A stretch of DNA of 63,440 nucleotides, the filler included, from Asterionella formosa (Eukaryota): NCBI GenBank assembly GCA_002256025.1. It is 11 parts of 11 records of this genome, joined end to end, with 100 filler letters (N's around TTAATTAATTAA, not from the genome) between each part and the next. Parts side by side here need not be neighbours in the genome. Positions count along the whole stretch, not along the records: positions 34,703 to 40,374 come from NKIB01012968.1; positions 40,475 to 46,148 come from NKIB01012969.1; positions 46,249 to 51,916 come from NKIB01012970.1; 8 more parts are not named here. One strand, given 5' to 3'. Of the stretch, positions 35,270 through 49,050 are shown piece by piece. The notes under the pieces were generated by a model, which saw only the letters and a list, made by a program, of their open reading frames with translations, made no database searches and was not told the DNA's origin. Both the position numbers and the translations under genes were made by a program. Each line of letters starts with the position of its first letter. Within the stretch, counting starts at the first letter, position 1.

Positions 35270-36550
35270 TGTTGTCTCGACAATCGACATACACCCGAAC
35301 TACGAGCAACCACGGCCGTGCTACCCAACGCGCTCGTACAACAAGAACAACAACACCACTTGTACTCCCCGAGCACCCCCGATGTTCCACACGCCTTCAT
35401 GGTACTTACCCACGTATCCCAGACGTTTCTCGTACCAGCCGACCGCATCTTTTCCGTGGTTCGGATCGCCAGCTGCCATCTTTACTCAAGACACTTGGAA
35501 CCCCTACTGCAACATCACGTGTACACTCAGCGGCTCCTACTAATCCTACTATGCGTCAAGTCATACCTTACCCTACGACGATCAGCATACAATCTGACCC
35601 ACTTCATGATCATATCACGACACGTGGTCAACGCCATAATTCCTACCACGACCGTATGTCTCTTGAAGAGCGATTCAATACTGCCCCCCACAGTCGAGTC
35701 TCTATTGCTCGCAACATACCTTTGGACGCCCGCTCTACTTATAGTGGCCAACAGTATGATACTCTTACAGATGGGAATACTGTTGATAATTGCGCGAGAG
35801 ATCCTAATCCTCACCAGATATGTCTCTTTCCTTGGTGTGGTGTCAAACATATCTGACCCTCGCTGTTATTGTATTTGTTTTGGTAGTAACCATAAAACTC
35901 CCGATTGTTGGCATCTCAATGGACTCTCAGACAACCGGAAAGAACTACTTGTCAAAGCACATTCTGCTAAAATTGCTCGGCTCCCTCCGTTTGATGCAAC
36001 CCCTGGTCGACCTCCTCGCGAATCTCTTGGTCACTCTGGTCCACCAGGCACCCCTCCAGAAAATACTCAACTCCTTACAGTTGAGGCTATTTCCACCATG
36101 CCTGAGGACAAAGATGCAGAACCTACACACCTTCAGTCTGTCATAGATGATATACATATAACATCCAGAGAGAACATGTATAACATTGCACCATTTTCTC
36201 ATCAATACAGCTGGGATGTCCCCACTCCTCGATCCCCTGGGCCTTGTCATATTGACAATGATCAGGTTATCACATCTTCCCCAGTATATCATACAGGCAT
36301 GGTCGCTTTCGTTGCTCATATTCGTGATTCACACAAGATTCTTGATGACTTAGCTCTGATAAACTCTTATCCACTGAAGTTCTTAAACATATCTCTTCCT
36401 CTCTACCGCACTCCTCCACTCCTCATCCACCACTGGTCTGGAGTTTGCTGCGAAACTCCATGAAGGTGAACATTTGATGCATGAGGACACTGGAGCAAAT
36501 GGGAATGTCACTTGCATGAGCAATGAATTACACAATGTTGTGAGCTCCAT
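35270..36550 (+). mobile_element. Decayed Copia-like gag/protease remnant
   Basis: Knuckle-like CICFGSNHKTPDCW and protease-like HEDTGANGNVT near 36480, with many frame changes. Confidence 0.5.
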
Positions 36551-38641
36551 TGTATCATCGTCAATCTTGCAACACAAAATTGTAAAATCGTAATGAAAAG
36601 AAAACTTGCAATGACAATGATGGCCTTTGCATGGTAAGTTTGATATGATTTTTCTTAGTTCTGAGCTTCTCCTTCTCTCAGCTCAACCTCCTTCCTAATT
36701 CATAGCCTCTTAGCTATGAGAGAATTTTCAAGATTCAACCAAGAATGGGTGCCGTTTTCAAACCTTTATTGTCTTCGCTATTCTTGGTATGATGGTGTTG
36801 TTTATTTCTTTTCCTTTCTCTGTTTGCACTAACAAAATTTTGATATCATTCAGCCATGAGCCGCGAATGCGATGGTGTAAATAGTACATCGACAGCGAAG
36901 TAAATTAAAGGTAAGAATGATGCAGACGATGTTGATTTTGTTGTGGTTATAGATTTGTAATTTTTAAAGCAACACTAACTCACTTTAATATTCTCTCCTG
37001 TTCTTCTCAGATGCATTAAAAAATTGTTGTCTGTTGCTTAGGTCTTTTGCTACTAAAGTAGCTGGTGGAATGGCAGTGCTGCTGTTATCGGGCAGAAGTG
37101 AAAGGAAGAATGCTGCCCAAAGCCAAGCTGGAATGGTGCTCCCATTTGTTTTGTCAACTGACTTATCATGATTAATTGCCTCAGTATATTGATATTCTTA
37201 ATCAAGATTCAACAAGATCTTATGAATTGGCAGTGCTGCTTTTATCAAGAGGAGGTACTGGTGCATTGCTTTCCTTCCAGTACCACCAGCATTATACTAG
37301 CTTCGTTGCTAGTAATAAAATAGATCATACAAACTTCAACTAAATTTATTTTACAAATGCTTGCATTTTGTTTGAATTCATTTTTTTTATAGAAAATTCT
37401 TGATTATTGGGAACAATATTTGTGGTTGGCGCTCAAGAAATTTTTGATCAGACATAAAAAGATATTATTAGTTTGCCCACAAAATTATGTGGGTTTCAAA
37501 AATAAATTATGCCAGCAAGTTGCGGTAATTGTGCTAAAACTAAATGTTTAGCTATCTTTATCCAATATTAAATTTTTTGTTTAAGTAAAATGACTACAAC
37601 TTAAGAAGTTTTTGTCGAAACTTTTTTAGTTCACTCCTATCCTATGAAGCGATGCATCATATTTTTATTTGATGCCATACCCATAAATTATGTACATACT
37701 AGCCAAACTAACCATATTGGTCCACCCAAATTATTAATTTGTGTGATCATATTTGACTAGCTTTTTTGCGGTTGTACGAAGAATAATTGGGATTGTAGAT
37801 GCAGTTGTTGATCAATTTCAATGAATAATCCAGCAATATTTTCAAATAGTAAGCAGGGGGGGGGTGTAGATTTTGATGTCAGTGGTTGGATGACATCCAA
37901 TAATCAACCAAAATCAACCAAATATCCTAATCTTGAGAAGGACCGATTCTCCTTCATGAAGTGTACTAGATAAAGCATCTATTAGCTGATATAGAGCGAG
38001 TTTCTACTGTTGACTAGACCATTAGATGTTTCCTGACTTGCAACAAAGACATCTTCATGAGTAGCTATTATTCTGGATAAGATTTGTTGCAAAGAAATGC
38101 AAGCAATTCACATGTTGAATACCATGTTGAGTCAGAGGTTCAGCAATCAAAACAAGGGGGCCTGAAAGCCTGCTTACTCAGTCGATTATCAGAAAAAATT
38201 AAGAAACTAAAATAATCGCCTCTCCACTACAAAAAGATACATGATGTTCTTCCCGTAGGAGACATCAGCGATTGAAAATCTTATGAATTCATTCTAATGA
38301 CAAAAGTTCTCGATGTGATGGCACAATTTTTTTGCCGAGAATTAAGCGTGGGCGGCAGGCATCGTCATCATGCAGTCTCTATAAGTGTTGGGCGCGCTTC
38401 GAAATACCAAAATAATTTGTGCCAACATTATTACATCACAAATATTCTTTGCTGATAGAATATATATATAATATCGTCATTGCGCTCCTCTGATACTCGA
38501 AATATTTTAGATTGCTTATCTGACAGTAAATAAAATTTATACCAGTTAAATTTTCATAGCGACGCATCCTCTGGTGTGTTATGCCTCCTTTTGTACACTG
38601 TATACATTTTTCCATAATTTCACCAATGTCAGTCACTGACC

Positions 38642-39740
38642 ATGTCGGCTGACCTCTCATCTCCTGATGATGATGATGATGATGATGAAGATGAAGATAT
38701 AATCATCACATTACTTCTGCTAGCAGCATGTGATCTTTCAATAAGCAAGAAAGCATTGTTTCATGAAAGTTTGACTGTTGATGACATCAGAAGAAGAAGT
38801 GGCAAAATCCGGCACCACGCACACTACAGCATCAATTGGCAAGTCCATTCTGGACTTTGTTCAATAGCAAGCATGATGATGCCCTCATCACATTGTGTGG
38901 GTTTGATCATGCTTCCTTCGAGCTCCTGCAGCAGCGATTCAAGCCTTATTTTGATTCCTTCTTTACTCCCTTAGAAAAAAAGGAATTCATTGTCAAGAAT
39001 TCAACAAACAAAATCCTGTCGACCCAGATTGCTGTGTTCCATCAGTTGTCTGGCACTTGGGCTGGCATGTACAAGAACTCGCGGATCCTATATGATTCGT
39101 CTTCAAATCATTTTCTGCTTAACTCATGGTGAGCATTCGATTGTATTTCTCAAGGCAGATGATTGTGAAAGTGCTTCGGACTAATGAAGATGCCATTTTT
39201 CGACAACCTACTGCAGCCGAAACCACTTTATTTGCATCCATGATTCATAAGAACAGCAATCATGGATGGTCTGAAACTCACCCTGTAAACGACCTGGAAA
39301 TGAAAGGCAGCAAAATAATTTCTACAATAGGTGGACTCATGAAGACTATGTGACAAACTTGTTTCTTTTTTCTCCTGATAGAAAAATTCGTTGCTCTTAT
39401 TTTAATTTACCTGGTGTTCTCCACAACTCCACCATTATAATTTGGTCTTTGATCTATGATCAAATTGAAATGGCTTACAGGGATACAGGTAAAAAAGTAG
39501 TTGTGGATTCAGCATTTGCATCTAAGAAATCAAATGCAATGCTAAAATACCATCAAAATAATGTGGATGTAAACGGTAATAATCGACAAAGATTTGGCAT
39601 AAATTGTCAAGCAACTTTAGTCAGGCAGTTTTCTTAATGGAGAATGAGTTGTCTTCAAGGTTTGTTTCCCAGGATGAAAGATAAATTTCGTTATGAAGAG
39701 AATGGTGAAAGGAAACTAATACTCCAAATGATTGTTTTGA
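38642..39740 (+). pseudogene. PIF/Harbinger (DDE_Tnp_4) transposase pseudogene
   Basis: Fragments DDALITLCGFDHASF, RPRLL...LALGLACTRTRGS, DGLKL, VTNLFLFSPD, NLPGVLHNS, VVVDSAF, RQFS-W-M and FPR. Confidence 0.85.
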
Positions 39741-40474
39741 AAATTTTCATTGTGCTTGGATGCTACACATTCCCATTCATGTGATCCAATTGGAAGGTAT
39801 GTCAGAACAGTGCTGTCCAACAATGACATGACCTCGTTCAACCTAAACTGCCACCCCCGACTCTGCAGGTTGCAGTGGGCCTTTGGAAATGTTGGTCATT
39901 AATCTCGCCTGCTATTGATACCCACAGTTGTCTTTTTTGTAACTGTTTGTATGGTTTCACTTCTTGCACTGGGACGTGAAAAATTACTGCCATTGATCCT
40001 TGATGAAAGATGAGAGATACCAATCAGAGAGCCAACAGGAGAGGCATCAGCCCGGCTGTCATCATCACTGGCGCCTTCATCAGCATCATCTTCTTTCTCT
40101 TCCTCATCTTGGGATTGCAACTCTTGTTCCTGCTCGAGATGGCGATGTTCTCGCATCCATGGGGAGGAAGGGACACCCTCTCTGGCTAGTCTCCTTTGCC
40201 CAGCACTGGAAGAGGATGATGACGTCATCGCTGTAATCTGAAACAGAGGATGACAAACAATGTACATACGGCTGATTGATGTGAACATATATATGCATAT
40301 TACCATCAGCCAAGTACCTTTTTTGGCAAGAGCAAGCCATTTTGGGTATGAGCACGCAAGTCATGGAATATTCTNNNNNNNNNNNNNNNNNNNNNNNNNN
40401 NNNNNNNNNNNNNNNNNNTTAATTAATTAANNNNNNNNNNNNNNNNNNNNNNNNNNNNNNNNNNNNNNNNNNNN

Positions 40475-40643
40475 ACTGAATATGAGTCTTGACCGTATCC
40501 AGAGGATATACAAGCACATGTTCACCAACGCCTGCCAAGGAACCTGCCACACAGTGATGCCAAAAGGGAGTTCTGCCGTCCCACTCTTCGAATTCAAGGG
40601 GGTCGTCTACGTTTTCTGCTCCTGCTAGCGACATGTCGGACAT
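40475..40643 (-). CDS. Mitochondrial carrier family protein (mitoferrin-like), 5' fragment
   Basis: AGSLAGVGEHVLVYPLDTVKTHIQ contains the Px[DE]xx[KR] signature and the EH motif typical of mitoferrins. Confidence 0.85.
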
Positions 40644-42988
40644 TGCGATAGATTATGAATAGCGACGTTAGTTGATCGTTGTCAATCGACTGCCAGTATG
40701 ATCTTGAGTGGAGTGGACTATCAATTGGTCGATAATGTACCTAATATAATACCGGCTTTTCAATGGAAGCAGCCTGTTCGTGTTGTTTATCTTGTTGTAT
40801 TTTACGTTTCTTTTACCGGTATATCGGGGTATGATATAATAGCTATATACCTGGTATTCGTACCTGAGTAGTCTGCAGTACCGGAATGCTGTATATTTTT
40901 TGCATTAGCAAACGATCATATTATCTCGGCATATTCAGATGGACCTTCAAGACTTGGGCAAGGCAGAGTCAAGGGGGGGGGAGGCTCTTTCGTGTTCCTT
41001 TTTTCGATTGTCGGCCGTAGTGGTCTCTTTTCGGGCAAATTCCCGCTTCAGCTATCGTCTTGCTTTTGGATGAGAACTGTGGGTGTCTAAGTAATTTTTG
41101 GTATCTCTAAGTATTTTTTATTTGGGGGCAATATTGGGGCACAGTTTATTTTTCGGCAGTCCAATTTTAGGTTTGAGCAGGGACCATCGAGCACTGTCAG
41201 GAGTAGAATTTTCATGGGAAAGTTTAGAAATCGATAGTATGATATCCATCAGCCACATCAAAAATGCATGGAGCCCGAATATGAATGAAAAATGATCACA
41301 CAAGAATGATTGTAACCAAATGTCGAAAAATTCGACACGATTTTTTTAAGCAACCAAGAAAGCATGAAACTGAAACAGAAGGGCAAGAAGCGACAGAGAT
41401 GAGCACAGAGTAGAATAAATAGTGAAAAAGAAAATGGGTTAACGGAAAATTCGTGTGAAAAATTGTCAATGCATGTTCATTTACAATTGTCAACTTACAC
41501 TTTTTTGTTTTTGTTGAAACGGAATTTCTGAAATGTTCAAATTGGGCCCGGAGGAACAGCAACTGATGAATTAATCGACTCAGGAGGATATGGTGCTGGA
41601 GGAACTGTGACTTGGTGTACGTGGTGGTTGTGGAGGAGCATCCACGTAACTGTAGGGTTCAATCCAGGAAAAAGCTGATATGACAATCAACCTGCCTTGT
41701 CAAAATGATATAATTTAACATTCTGGTCTTGTAAAAATAATACTGAGTCTACAGCCTCAAACACATGTATACTTGCAGGCAAGAGACCACATACAACATC
41801 AATAGTTAATCTTGAGCACAATTGGAATTTCTGTATTGGCTATAATATGATCAATACTCTGAAATTCAACTTACAAAGACAACATTGCAAAATTTCACCC
41901 AAAAGATAAATTCTACAAATGCTAGCTACTTTGCCCCAAGAATTAAATCTGTCATATCTGCGCGCTGGCATTCTAGTTTGCCATGTTGTTGAATAAAGGA
42001 ATCGTGAAGATGCCCGAAATTGAATCGACTTTGATGCCTAAGCCTGTCAACACAAGGAAACTGCCCAAACCCATCATACTATCAACTCCCACAAAAAATC
42101 TCTGCCGGCCTATTGGCATCTGCTGGCATTAATGCTCGTGGACCAAATGTCCTTGCATCTTCTGCAATGGTGAGAAAGACAAGTAAGGCAGAGGAGCTGG
42201 TTACTGGCTGACCGTCAAAACAATGAATTTATGAAGCTACAAAACAAATGTATGGCTCTACGTACTACTACAGCTATTAAGCCTGATCATATGCTATCAG
42301 TTGCGTTGGTTTTGAAGCAATGGAGATTTGCAGGCACCACAAACAAGACAAGCCCTACTTATCCACATGGGTGAGACCTCACACCAAGGAGACCAGCAGA
42401 CATCACAAAAATGCTGCTGCAAGTCCTCCCCCCCTCCCCCCCTCAGCCTCCTATGGTTGCCTATGAGGCTGACACACAATGGGGAAGTTGATATTCCAGA
42501 ACTGCCTTGCTTCAGATACAGGTGCTGGCGAGCAAGGAAGAATTATATGAAGAGTGAGAGGAGGAGGCGGAGGTGGAGCAGCAAACAAACAGAAAGTTCT
42601 TGGCTGACATCTGTCATAATATAACCACACCAGTTGTCTGATGTAAGCAGAACACTAAAAGTGACAAATGAAAATAATTCATATATAAATCTATATCAAA
42701 CCATCATCAAAATGAACAAAAGTAAGATTGTTGATACAAAAACTAAAATAATAAAGGGGTTAAAAATCAAATGCCCATCCTAAATGCAATATTGGTATAG
42801 GGTTAAAACATGAAAACAATTAAAAATGAACGGGTAGAAGATGCAATGGACAATAACATTGTGGCAGGAAAAGTTTTACAGTCAACAATAGGGTAGTACT
42901 AAATGAAACCAGAATTTGAATATAAAATTATCTTCAGGTTCATAGTAAAAAATATGTATTGATCGTCTTGCAAAAAAGTGACCATGAT

Positions 42989-44052
42989 TAGCAGAGAAAT
43001 ATTACAACGTGCCCCAGGTAAGCAAAGTCATTCAATAGTGAACAGGCACAGTATGGTGGAAATATGTATGACCAATACATATGTATGTTGAACAACCCAT
43101 GCATGGATTTATACCGGGCAGCCAACAGCTACCTGGCCGGTACCTGGTACCAGACAGCAGTAAAACCAACAGGGTATGAAATTAGTTATATAGCACACAG
43201 TAGTAGAATTCAGTTATATAGCACACATTAGTAGAATTAAACATTTGGTAAACGTTTTTCTCTGTGTCCGGCAACGATTGGGTTTGTTGTGATTTGCAAT
43301 GCAGTTGTTTATATCGTGATCCATTTATCATTTACTAGTTTATCAGACCTTTCCGCTCCCTCTCCTCCTTGGACCCATTGTACTTTGACGCAGATTCCAT
43401 CTGGTCAAAGCAGCTGTTTTCGCAAACAAAAAGTTACCGTGTTGAAGCGGTGCGCCTCAGTAGTTTGTGTGTGTCTCCGCATTTGCTGTTTTATCTCTTT
43501 CCCGAACTCCCCACAGCTTTCTGAACAGAGGTTCCGACTGGCTGTGGACCCATGGCATCAGAATAACAGAAAGGGGAGCTTTTTGCATCACAGAAATCAG
43601 GCAAATCAATTGATGAGATACTTCTCCATATTTTTTCAAATTTCAGATTGATTCCACAGCAAACCTGGGAAATCTTGTGACAACCACCATACATTGATTA
43701 ACAGCTTGAATGAAGGGGAGTAGCAGAGAAATATTACAACGTGCCCCAGGTAAGCAAAGTCATTCAATAGCAGTGAACAGGCACAGTATGGTGGAAATAT
43801 GTATGACCAATACATATGTACTATGTTGAACAACCCATGCATGGATTTATAGCAGGCAGCCAACATCTACCTGGCTGGTACCTGGTACCAGACAGCAGTA
43901 AAACCAACAGGGTATGAAATTAGTTATATAGCACATTAGTAGAATTAAACATTTGGTAAACGTTTTTCTCTGCTGTGTCCGGCAACAATTGTGTTTGTTG
44001 TGATTTGCAATGCAGTTGTTTATAGCTATCGTGATCCATTTATCCTTTACTA
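42989..44052. repeat. Direct repeat pair of about 340 bp (42989-43337 and 43721-44052)
   Basis: High identity with small indels. Copy 1 has an internal duplication of about 23 bp (AGTTATATAGCACAC...GTAGAATT). Confidence 0.9.
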
Positions 44053-44577
44053 ATGATCATCAACTTCAAAACTTCACATCTCTTGAATTGGGAAGCTTCG
44101 TTACTACCGGTATTTAAGCAGACCTATTGACAGCTGTGAGTTGGAAGGTCCGGTAGAACACGTTTTCAACTTACGAAAAGATTAAGCTAAATATCTCGAT
44201 CACCGGACCTTCAACTGTTCTACCGGTACATTGTACTTATGTACCTACCGGTACCTGGTACTTGATTTGTTGTCACCATGAAATTTGACTAAAATAGTTT
44301 GAGTCGAAACATGGCTGGGGTAAACTACCGGTAATATCACTCGTCTCAGTTTTTATTTTAGGTGCTACCAGTACCACCCTTATGTATGGTACTGGTACCA
44401 TCAGGTACCAGGTGGCAGGTACCCATGATAATTTTCCATTCATTCACTCCTTTATAGTGAGTACCTGGTACAAAGAAGAATCCCGTATCATGTGAATGGG
44501 CCTTCATCAATTTTGGTTATATTCCAGTGAACGCCCTTTTGACTTTCCTTGGACTCTCCTGCAATGAAATTTTCACC

Positions 44578-46148
44578 ATGATGACGCCTCCTGGTTCTTC
44601 ACGTGACAGGGTACACGTCGATTTCTTGAATGATAGTGTGGTCCCGGCCGCTCAAGTCGCTGGTGAGGCAAGATTGAGACGAAAAGGATCGAATCTTGTA
44701 GCTTTCCCTGTAAGTGAATTCGTGATGGAAGTCCTGATCACCGGCCTGTGGTGCAGACTATGTTAGTCTTAGTGGCTGGATGTCCTACTGTAAGTCCAAC
44801 GCTAACAACCACCTCGTGTCTTCCAGGGGCGACCCCAAGAGGAAGAAGCGGTCGCTAGCGCCACTACTCGATGTAGTCAACGACTCGCACAATGCTTCCG
44901 TCAGCTCTGCTGTCGTTCTTTGCCCTCTAGAACTGATAGGAGCTCATCGCGGAACAACGTAGCCGGGGATATCGAGAGTCAGGCCAAAAGGTACAATCTC
45001 CGAGCCATCAGGCGAATGGAAATCACCTCCATTTTCTTCAGGCACTTATGCTGCTGCGGCAAAAAGGCCACCACCACATTGACTGGACTTGCATCGGGGA
45101 TATTCCACAATTATTCGATCTCCATGTACTTGCACTGGATTTTTAAAATGAACTTTTCGGTGTTGTTTATTCTTAGTTGCTTGGTCTATTTCGGGCTCAT
45201 TGTGCTATTTACAGGGTTCATTGTCTTGGCGGGGACTGTAGATCCGACTTGCGTTTATATTGGGGGCTCGTCATTTCAAAGTGCAGGAGGAAGCCCGTTT
45301 GCAAACGCATTTTCATTGAGCTGGACAACTTTCTCGACTGTTGGATATGGATCGGCGTCTCCAGCGACCACCAACATGTCCCCGAATCGCAACGATTGCG
45401 CGTTTACCACTATTCTTTGTTCATTTGAATCGTTTATCGGTGTCCTCTACTCTGGATTTTGCGGAGCCATTCTCTTTGGAAAAGTCCTCAGAATTTTATC
45501 TCATGCGCAAGTCATGTTTAGTGACCCACTTGTGGTTCGATACGGGGTTGAAGGAGTTGGACAAATCAGGGGAAGCCAGACTATTAACCACACCCAGTCA
45601 ACCCAAATTCCGTGTCCAGTGCTGGAATTTAGAGTGGCAAACCTTCTCTTTAATGAAGTTGGAGGAGAAATTTTGGACGCCACTCTCAATGTGGTTGCCA
45701 ACGTGGATGCTACTAATGATGGCGGGAACCCACTAACAATTCAAGGCCTTGCTCGCACATTTTCTACGCCTCGAATGGATTCTGTTCTTAACATGATTTC
45801 TTCAAGACCAGGAAGGTCACGACAGCTCTCGAATTTTTCACAATTATCAATAGATCAAAGTAGAAGATCGATGGAAACAAGAAAACCCAACAAAATAGTG
45901 CCCAAGCGCGCTTTTTCTAAAATGAGAATTGAATCACCGGAACATCCCTTCTTCAAACGAGTTTGGGTGGCCCAGCATATCTTGAACGAATTCTCTCCAA
46001 TTGTTACTCCTCGAACCCGACAAGCAATTCGCAACAATGGAGGCTTTTGGCCTGAGTATCTCAACAATTATAAAGGCGTTCGACAATCACTGAAATTCAA
46101 TCAAATTTTGGTTAGTCTGCATGGTGTGTCTAATGTGAGTGCGACGGA
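44578..46148 (+). CDS. Inward-rectifier-type (Kir-like) potassium channel, 3' truncated; join(44578..44709,44827..>46148)
   Basis: M1 helix, pore FSLSWTTFSTVGYG, M2 ESFIGVLYSGFCGAILFGKV, and cytoplasmic FSDPLVV / PVLEFRVAN. The phase-0 intron GTAAGT...GCTAAC...TCCAG splices in frame. Confidence 0.92.
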
Positions 46149-46248
46149 NNNNNNNNNNNNNNNNNNNNNNNNNNNNNNNNNNNNNNNNNNNNTTAATTAA
46201 TTAANNNNNNNNNNNNNNNNNNNNNNNNNNNNNNNNNNNNNNNNNNNN

Positions 46249-46990
46249 CATACAAGGGAGTATAGTGTCTTGATGTTTTCTTTGAGGTATGTTGACCTCT
46301 TTACAAACTCATCCACTTCTTTCTCCCAAATTCGTTCATCTGTGCGTGTAGAATCCTTTGGTGGATCCTTAGGTGTAGTGATGCTGACCATCTCTAGGTT
46401 CTCAACCACCAATCGTATGTCACCACCGTATTTGTAGGTGCGCCCTACAAAACCTGCAATCTCCTTCGTCGTCTTTGCGAATAGGTCTGCTTGCTTCATA
46501 TCCGAGCAGTCATACACATTTCCTCTTAATTCGTTGCATTTGCCTTCGAATTTTGTTGCGGCTGGTGTCCGGGATGCCTGTTGCTTTCCGAAGTTGAAGC
46601 GACCTCTTTTCTTGGCATCAATGCCGAAATCCTTGTCAACCTTCGTGGCGGCGTCCCCACCTTCTGTTTTCACCTTGTCCATCTTATTTACTTTAATTTA
46701 ATTATGTTGAAACCACAATGTTCTCAATATGTCTTCGTGTCCATAAAACAACGAATCCGACAATAAAAGCACACCGGGATGGTATCGTTTATAAAACCAA
46801 ATAATTAAATTAAAGTGAGCCAGTTTCGCTGGTACCAGACACTCTATTTCTGATCCTGAAATGCCTTGATTCGACTGTAGTCCAGTCTTGTTCGTTAGTT
46901 TGCACGCTGGCGTGGTTGGTGCGGTTACTGTCAGTATCGGTGTAATTGGTGTAACCGTTACCGACATGTCCGTTACACATATTCAACAGT
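46249..46990 (-). mobile_element. Ty1/Copia (CoDi-type) 5' end: LTR/leader and gag start (ATG 46682)
   Basis: KFEGKCNELRGNVYDC...QADLFAKTTKEIAGFVGRTYKYGGDI is similar to the gag N-terminus at 30773 (QASDYETTTEYLINYIKK). LTR limits are approximate. Confidence 0.75.
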
Positions 46991-47215
46991 ATATAACTAG
47001 AGTCTATACATGTGTTCTGGTCGGGAGTAAAATTATATCTAAATTGAGCAATGTAGATATAACATAAACGTCTTCATTTTTTTGAAAAGGAACTCTGTCA
47101 ATGTGGCGCCATTTTCTACTCAGTTTAAATATTCAAACAGTTACTTGCATCATGGGAATACACAGAAACAAATTCTATGTTCCTCATCAATTTTACAACC
47201 CTAGCGATTTTTTCT

Positions 47216-48340
47216 TCAAACTAGGACGCCGGGCCGGCTGCAATCGTCAGCCGTGACATTGGCAGTGCCTGCGATGTGGGAGAGGGCACTGTAGTATTGG
47301 TAGTAGCGCTGTTGAAGGGCTTGCAGTCGGAAGAGGAAGGCGGCCTGGACCTTGGTAGAAATGGAACCCCGCTTACACCAGTAGAGTGTCGGGGTGTTGT
47401 CTGTAAAGGATTCAATGGCAGACCCTTGGATGCTGGCATGACTTGCAAGGATGTCATTGTGAGCAACATGACCTGCTAGCTCAAGGTCAGAATTTGTAAT
47501 GGACCCCTGGGGGATGGCAAAGGAGACCGGGGATTGGGTGATGGCCAGGGGGAAACGCTGCCTCCAAAGGAGAGGGGGAGTCTGGTTGCCAGGGACGTCC
47601 CCCCCCCCCCCAAACCACAATCCTCCCATGCCCAGGACGGCGGCATCATGAGCGCCTGTGAATGCTGGGATCTGAGGGACCAGTTCCGTGAAGTGGGTGG
47701 GTGAGCCTGACACGGCCCGTGGTGTGGCGAAGGGCAACCTGTAAGGCGGAGAACATGCCTTGGCCAACAGGGATGGCCAGCCAGAACCATAGACCGCAAT
47801 TCACCCAGGACCTTGTGCCAGGCCTTGGTGCTGACTCGCGGTTTTCAAGGGATATGGTGGCCAGGATTTCATTCAGGCGGAGAATGCGGTGGGGAGGGAG
47901 TTGCATGGACTGAGTGGTCGTGTTGATTAGCCATCCAAGGAAAGTTATTTTGGTCATGATGCAGCCATCGCCCTTTGCCATCTTTGCTAACGAGACGGCC
48001 TCTTTTCGTTCCTGGCGGTCATGGGGGTCAAGGGGCCGGATGACCAGCCCAGCCAGGTCAAGAATTTGAGGAGGATGCGGCGGCGGACCGCTTGTAGGCA
48101 TTCCGGTGTGTTCCTTGTTGTGCAAGGACAAAATCGTCCATGAACTCCTCCACATATTCCAAGGATGTGGAACCCACAGCCTGCCGATGATTGGGTGGAG
48201 GCTGGGTTGTTTTATTGGTCTCCGGGGTGCGACTGTATCCTGCCAATGGGACCCAGGAGTTTCCGGAGATTCGATGAAGGGAAGGGGGTTGCGCAATCCC
48301 GGGGGGGNNNNNNNNNNCCCGCCCCCCCCCCCCGCCCCCC

Positions 48341-48395
<55 letters not shown>

Positions 48396-48399
48396 CCCG

Positions 48400-48439
<40 letters not shown>

Positions 48440-49050
48440 CCCCCCCCAATTGAGGTAGTGTGTTGGCAATGTTGTCATGACGATGGCAGGCTGCAGGGTT
48501 GTAGCCGGCTGCTATACAATCATTTGCTAGATCTGCAATGGTCTCTGTCACTGAGCAAAATGTGGGGGGTGACTCACACCAGCCCATTGGGAGCACCAGG
48601 GGCACCGCCAGCCACCAGAGGGGGTTCCCCTGGAAGATTGGGCACAGCAACAGCAAGCTTGAGGACCATGGCAGGGGAAACAAGGCTTACCCGCATAAAA
48701 GCATCAGCCAGATCATACTTGCTTAAGAAGACAGGCCCATGAAGAGGGTTGACTTTGGCCACTTTGTGGAATTTGCGGGGGAGGGCTTTTCCAGACAACT
48801 GCATATCCTCAGGGGGTGCCAGCCGTTGTGTGCTGTTGTTAATACCGGTGGAGGTGTAGTCAACTATGGGGCGTGGGCAGCGGGCCAGTTGGGGGACAAC
48901 TCCCATGGGGGAGATATGGAGTGTAGGTTCCTGATGGATGGCAGCATAGGGAAGGGCCAACCAATGCCATGCCTTGACCATGTTTGCCAATTCTTCATGC
49001 AGGAAGGCTTGGTGGGCGCGTGCAGAGCCATGTGAGCCATAAGCAATAGC
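47216..49050 (-). mobile_element. Tyrosine-recombinase retrotransposon (DIRS/Ngaro-like) RT-RNaseH, frameshifted
   Basis: ISPMGVVPQ...PRPIVDY, SKYDLADAFMRV, LPMGWCESPPTF, FMDDF and FLGWLINT. RNaseH motifs HDAAVLGMGG, NSDLELAG, TDNT and HIAGTANVTADDCSR. Markedly GC-richer than the flanks. Confidence 0.85.
48301..48447. other. Poly-C run next to an internal N gap (probable sequencing/assembly artefact)
   Basis: About 130 nt of almost pure C abutting 10 Ns inside the RT coding region. Confidence 0.75.

Noticed and set aside
48058..48683. Poly-Pro/poly-Gly ORFs or a giant G-quadruplex
   Set aside because: They derive from a poly-C tract beside an N gap inside the RT gene, most simply a sequencing/assembly artefact.
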